A stretch of 64,000 bases of DNA, taken from the human T2T-CHM13v2.0 reference genome, Homo sapiens. The notes under the pieces were generated by a model. That model did not search any database. It saw nothing but the letters and a program-made list of their open reading frames with translations, and was not told the DNA's origin. Within the stretch, counting starts at the first letter, position 1, and every line of letters begins with the position of its first letter. This document shows positions 60,279 through 64,000 of this stretch, in pieces. The translations under genes were made by a program, and so were the position numbers. The stretch lies in the NCBI RefSeq assembly GCF_009914755.1, contig NC_060945.1. One strand, 5' to 3'.

Positions 60279-60502
60279 ATACCAACTATTACTTTGATAG
60301 TTAATTACGCCTCTGTGATTTGAGGCGTAATTAACAAAGTGATAGTTGGTCATAAAAAAATCATCTAACGAATGTGACAATCTATAGTTGGTGCCTACTA
60401 TCAGCAAACGGTACTTACTATGAGTCATGCTCTTCATGCATTTCTCCCCAGTGCCATTAAATAGCCTCATGGGCAGCATGACCAATAGGTGTAGACCTAT
60501 TG
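60279..60502 (+). mobile_element. Eulor1-like ancient conserved repeat (3' portion) with long hairpin
   Basis: Colinear with my recollection of the Eulor1 consensus (TTTGATAGTTAATTAC..., AAAAATCATCTA.CGAATGTGACAA.CTATAG..., GCAAACGGTAC, CCCAGTG.CATTAAAT.GCCTC, TGACCAATAG...CTATTG); hairpins visible directly. Confidence 0.75.
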
Positions 60503-61824
60503 CAACTGGTGGGTAACTTTTTGCTTAAGTCAGCTTGTAATGGCTGTGTTGTGTTCTCTGGCTAGAAGGGTAGATAAGGGATAAGTTACCCTGAACCTAA
60601 AGCACGAGAACTGGCCCCAACAACCAAGAGTCCAGATCACGCTATGCTAAAGCCCCTCACTCCAATCTTCAGTCCCCTGGTACCTCCCTATGACACAGGT
60701 GGCTCACAGAACCATCACTGGGGACAGACTGCTGGGTGGCATGCTGCTGCAGGGCTAAGAATCGCGTTTTTAAAGGTTAGTTCATTTAATTAAAAGCACA
60801 GCAGGGTGCTGCCTACTTTCATTAAGAAAGGTCATCTTCCCCAGCATATTCTAATGGAAACCAGGGCAGCATTCAGAGATAGGAACCATCACAAGTTGAT
60901 TTTGCTCTCTTAAGGTAAGATACGGCAAAGAATGACCAGCCACCTCCTAGCAGGGTGCTGAGGCTGGCTGGTGCAGTAGGTGGAGATTTAGCAGATGACA
61001 ATGTATTTCTGAAAAGGTCTGTTTTTCCTCTAAAAGGCATTCTAGGAACCAGAGAGAGAAGGGAGAAAGGAGGGGAAGGGGAAGATCAGGAGAGAGGGAG
61101 GGAAAGGAAAGGAGGCGAGGAGACAGGAGAAAAACCTCACCACCAAGCATTAGCATTTATTTCTCAATTGCAATATTTTTATTTTAAGTTGTGCTAAGAA
61201 GCCTAGGATTTCTTTCTTCAATAATAATGATTTTTATGCTTTATAGTTCATGAGGCTTTCATATTCATTATGTTGAGATTTATTTTCAAAAAAGTGTTTA
61301 GAGTCTTAAGTTGTTTGCAACTTTGTAGCAAAGCTCATTTCACATTAAAACATCCTTTTAGCAAAGTCTCAACATACTATAGTGAAATTAATACAGGTTT
61401 TTCTAAGCATTTATAAGTGTTAATAAGCCATGCCAGTCTGCTGGCATAGCATATATGGTGCTGCGGTATTCTGAATATTCAGTATCTAAATCTGTTCATT
61501 TCATACACACATGCACGTGTGTTCACAAACACACATGCATGCAGGCACACACCACTGCAAAATTTTTAAGCTGCAGGACCCCCTGGCCTGAAAAAATGCA
61601 CACAGCTTCTGAAAGTGCCTAAGTTACTCATGGGAAAATAAAGCTTATTATTTAATGGACTTAACAATATTTTCTTGTTCATGATGATGTTTTACTTCCA
61701 CTGATACACAAATATTTATTAAGTGCCTACTATGTGGCAGGCACTGTCCCAGGAACAGGTTAAGCAGCTGCAAGCAATGTAGACACTGTAATTTCTGCAT
61801 TTTAATAAAATTGCTAACTCATAC

Positions 61825-62030
61825 TAAATACTTACTATGAGCCTGATATTATTGTAAGCCCTCTATTTGTATTATGTCTTTTCATCCTCACAACACAACC
61901 CCAGGAGGTAGGAGCTTTTATAATCCCACTTGATAAACCAGGAGACCTAAGTGCAGAGAAGTTAAGTTACTTGCCCAAGGTCACACAGCTGGTTACTGGC
62001 AGAACTGGGATTTGAATCCAGACCAACCCT
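61825..62030 (-). mobile_element. MIR SINE
   Basis: CATCCTCACAACACAACCC..AGGTAGG..AGAGAAGTTAAGTTACTTGCCCAAGGTCACACAGCT..GGATTTGAATCCAG. Confidence 0.82.
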
Positions 62031-62113
62031 CCTTACTGCTGTACATTGATGTAGTTTAACAAGAACAACTCTAAACTAAGGTGGGTGTCCATCTATAAAG
62101 AAGGTGAATGCTA

Positions 62114-62442
<329 letters not shown>

Positions 62443-63599
62443 TCAGAGATAACAGTGATCACATGTGTAGGTATAGACACCTTCACACTCACTGCACTCT
62501 CAGCTGAGCCATGAAAATTACTAAGATTAATAAGCAGCAACAAAACCTGCACCTAAAGAAAATAGATGCACAGAAAAATAAGCAAAAAATTAAACATTGA
62601 CCTAATATAAAACTGGTAACAACATATTCATTGACATTAAAACAAGATCCTTCATAAAGACTAAATAAATATTTTCTGAGTATCTCCTGTCCTTGATACG
62701 ATCACAAACGTTACCATGCTACATGCAATTCTCACAGCATCCTAGTAAGCCACCATCTAGACCTCTTTACAGACACAAAGCTGAAGATGCTCAGAATCTC
62801 AGGCACAGCCCCGAAGGCAGCCAGCTGGGTCCACTTCATTCCAAGCCACAAATGCAACACAGAATGCTCTGTGCTGCCTCTGCATAACCACCCCTTTCAC
62901 TAAATGCAGGAAGTCACCCCCACAACCAACAAGCTCTATACCCGCACCCCATTTCACCCTGTGTCTAGTTTGAAAGATACATCTTGAATTTAGCTATTCT
63001 AGAAAGAGATACCAATACAAATGAACCCTGAATCACTTTCCAAACACCTGCAGGTGTTTCCAGGCAGTTCATGAACTGTAACACAGTGAATTTTTCTGAA
63101 GGGTGGTCTGTTTTGAGGGGCTGCACAGCAGTTTTACTGATTGCGGACCAGACCACCTGAGATCTACAGGTTGGGATGCATGTGAGGGAAGCTGTACAAA
63201 TTCCCCAGAATCGTGACTCCAGCCCAGAACACTGTCACTACTTGACTAGAGTGGTGGTAATTCTGGAATCATCCGGGTGACCTGCCTACCAGCAAAAGCT
63301 TTTCCTTCTTAATCTACTGAGTAACCTAATACCTGAAGCCAGCTCAGAAAATTCCCATTATCTCTGAAATAAAATGTTTTCATCTGAGTTCTCTCTCTGT
63401 ATTTCTTTATGCTGATATTTTCATATTTCATATTCTTTTCATAATAATGCTGATAATTTCAGTCATCTTCAGGAGGAGGGTCATTCCTTTCAAAAGTCTC
63501 CCCTTCAGGTGAGCACGTTCCCCTATTTGTATTCTAAACAAAGCGGGCAGCATCTCCCAGCAGCAGGGAATAGGTCCACTCAGGAAGCGGCTTTCTCAC

Positions 63600-63737
63600 C
63601 TGCACAGTTTCTGCTGGAGGGAGAGGGGTGTCTCTCCACTTGAAAGGTTCAGTTACACACTTATCTTTATAATAATAGCTTCTCTGCAGCACAAGGCATG
63701 ACTTCTCCCTTCTGAAAGTGCACTTTGCCTTTGATGC
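63600..63737 (-). other. Candidate minus-strand exon (138 nt)
   Basis: Acceptor TTGACTTACACTTTATTTCAG|, donor CAG|GTGAGA; open in phase 0. Confidence 0.4.
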
Positions 63738-63791
63738 CTGAAATAAAGTGTAAGTCAACCAGCAAGCTCCACTGCAGCACACACATGAAGT

Positions 63792-63810
63792 TACTGCCCC
63801 CCGGCGGCGA
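63792..63810 (-). promoter_or_regulatory. CTCF-like motif
   Basis: TCGCCGCCGGGGGGCAGTA on minus fits the CCGCNNGGNGGCAG core. Confidence 0.6.
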
Positions 63811-64000
63811 CCGCTGGTCTTTGAACAGCATTGGACAGGCCCTCGGTGCAAAGCTCTCCGGCCCCTCCACAAGCTGGAGACTGCTTCTCCCTACCTGCGG
63901 CCTGGGGACAGCCTTCCCTGGCAATATTACCGGGTTCCAGCTGGCTTGGACTCCCGAAGTCCCCCGGTTTGTATGCTCCGGGTTCTTTTGGATGGCGCTG
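63795..64000. promoter_or_regulatory. CpG-rich edge, probable shore of a CpG-island promoter beyond the window
   Basis: Abrupt rise in CpG and GC content in non-repeat sequence; minus-strand donor CAG|GTAGGG at 63895/63894. Confidence 0.5.

Noticed and set aside
61030-61135. Purine-rich tract (H-DNA/G4 potential)
   Set aside because: No clean mirror symmetry or four closely spaced G3 runs; common low-complexity sequence

Overview
Primate (human-like) genomic DNA, judged from AluY/S/J, THE1/MST/MLT LTRs, old L1/HAL1, L2, MIR and MER elements. I recognise no protein-coding gene, RNA gene or processed pseudogene. The six-frame ORFs are mostly Alu/LTR/L1 read-through or chance ORFs, and I cannot name the locus. 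CpG density rises at the right edge (~63.75-64 kb), where there is a good CTCF motif and well-formed minus-strand splice sites. L1s and 17 of 21 Alu pieces lie on +. Together this suggests, by inference, the intronic body of a minus-strand transcript (lncRNA, or non-coding 5' part of a gene) that starts just beyond the right end. The strongest observations are: (1) an ancient Eulor1-like element at 60279-60502 with a nearly perfect 29-bp hairpin plus a terminal hairpin; (2) a 66-bp segment duplicated from 26591-26656 into the middle of an Alu 1.4 kb away, with junction microhomology; (3) a branch point/polypyrimidine/CAG|GTAAG recursive-splice-like site at 27.1 kb; (4) a 39-nt candidate microexon whose acceptor sits in a nested hairpin; (5) near-coincident sense and antisense candidate exons at ~10 kb. 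Repeat subfamily names come from recalled consensus sequences, and boundaries are approximate unless TSDs are given.
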